Below are positions 63,300 through 64,000 of a stretch of 64,000 nt of DNA, in pieces (position 1 is the stretch's first letter; every line of letters starts with the position of its first letter). The DNA comes from Lobosporangium transversale. Taxonomy: Eukaryota. Below the pieces are notes generated by a model. It made no database searches. It saw nothing but the letters and a program-made list of their open reading frames with translations, and had not been told where the DNA came from. Both the position numbers and the translations under genes were made by a program. Where the stretch lies: positions 372,001 to 436,000 of the forward strand of contig NW_019028992.1 in NCBI RefSeq assembly GCF_002105155.1, read 5' to 3'.

Positions 63300-64000
63300 G
63301 GTGTTGCTTTTCAAGAATGTATTTGTTGTTGTGAAAAATGAGAGTGATATGTAAAGTGAATGTTCTTTGGCTCGAAGCAAGAAGAAAGGATAAAGAGGAG
63401 AGGGTGGGAGCAAGTGGGTAGTATTTATACCTGAATGACTGTTTCTTGCGTAAGTGTGCAACAAAGTCATGGAACCTGTGTTGGCTGATTAAATCACAAA
63501 CGACAAAAAATGAGCTCATCCGTAAAATATGGGCGATCGTACAAGAAAAAGACGTTTTCATGTCAATAACGTCGATGGAGTCGACGCTCATTGGATCAGT
63601 ATCCTTTGTTCATTATCGACATCTAAATTCTATAATTCATCATCGATCACAGCTATTGCATACAATCAAGCTGACTTTTATTACAAGTTTATAAATACAA
63701 AAGCCAAATATGGAAAATATCATTATGATGGCGCTGATGAGTTTCTTCTAATAACGAAATGATTGTGTCCATGAGCTTTTTCTCTGTCTATTTGCTTTCT
63801 GCTAGAAATGCGCAATGACCCTGCAGTCAAATTTATTGAATACCCTTCAAGCATTTACCCAAAAGGGCATTTTTTTTATTCGGAGAACAGATCAAATTAT
63901 CCTCCAAAAGAGGCCATGGACGAGATCTCTTGTAGAAAACCATCGAAGTCCAACAACGTCAGTTCCAGTAGTCTGGAACCATCTTAAAAAAAATAAATAA

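Noticed and set aside
63440..64000. Short ORFs at the window end
   Set aside because: No recognisable family and truncated by the window edge.

Overview
AT-rich, intron-dense eukaryotic DNA with many long poly(A)/poly(T) tracts. Gene content and style suggest an early-diverging fungus (Mucoromycota, Mortierellaceae-like; inference). Recognisable spliced genes: CDC50-family flippase subunit (5' part), VTC4, RPS17, glycyl-tRNA synthetase, a K/E-rich repeat protein, an F-box/WD40 protein, a plasma-membrane syntaxin, an HGSNAT-like acetyltransferase, a PKA catalytic subunit, a LITAF-domain protein, COX7, RPL25, a septin, an Sld7/MTBP-like protein, ARL8, a hevein-domain surface protein and a DJ-1/PfpI protein. 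An accessory island at about 11.3-19 kb holds a broken alpha-arrestin, a decayed Fanzor/TnpB-like RNA-guided nuclease gene, a tRNA-Trp(CCA) gene and, directly upstream of that tRNA, a head-to-tail array of three related RNase H-type non-LTR retroelement copies. A decayed Tc1/IS630 transposase lies at about 61-62 kb. Most notable: the Fanzor relic, the apparently tRNA-targeted LINE array with a short non-autonomous derivative, and a 196-codon in-frame open extension after the PKA stop codon. All exon boundaries were read by eye and family assignments come from recalled motifs, not database searches.
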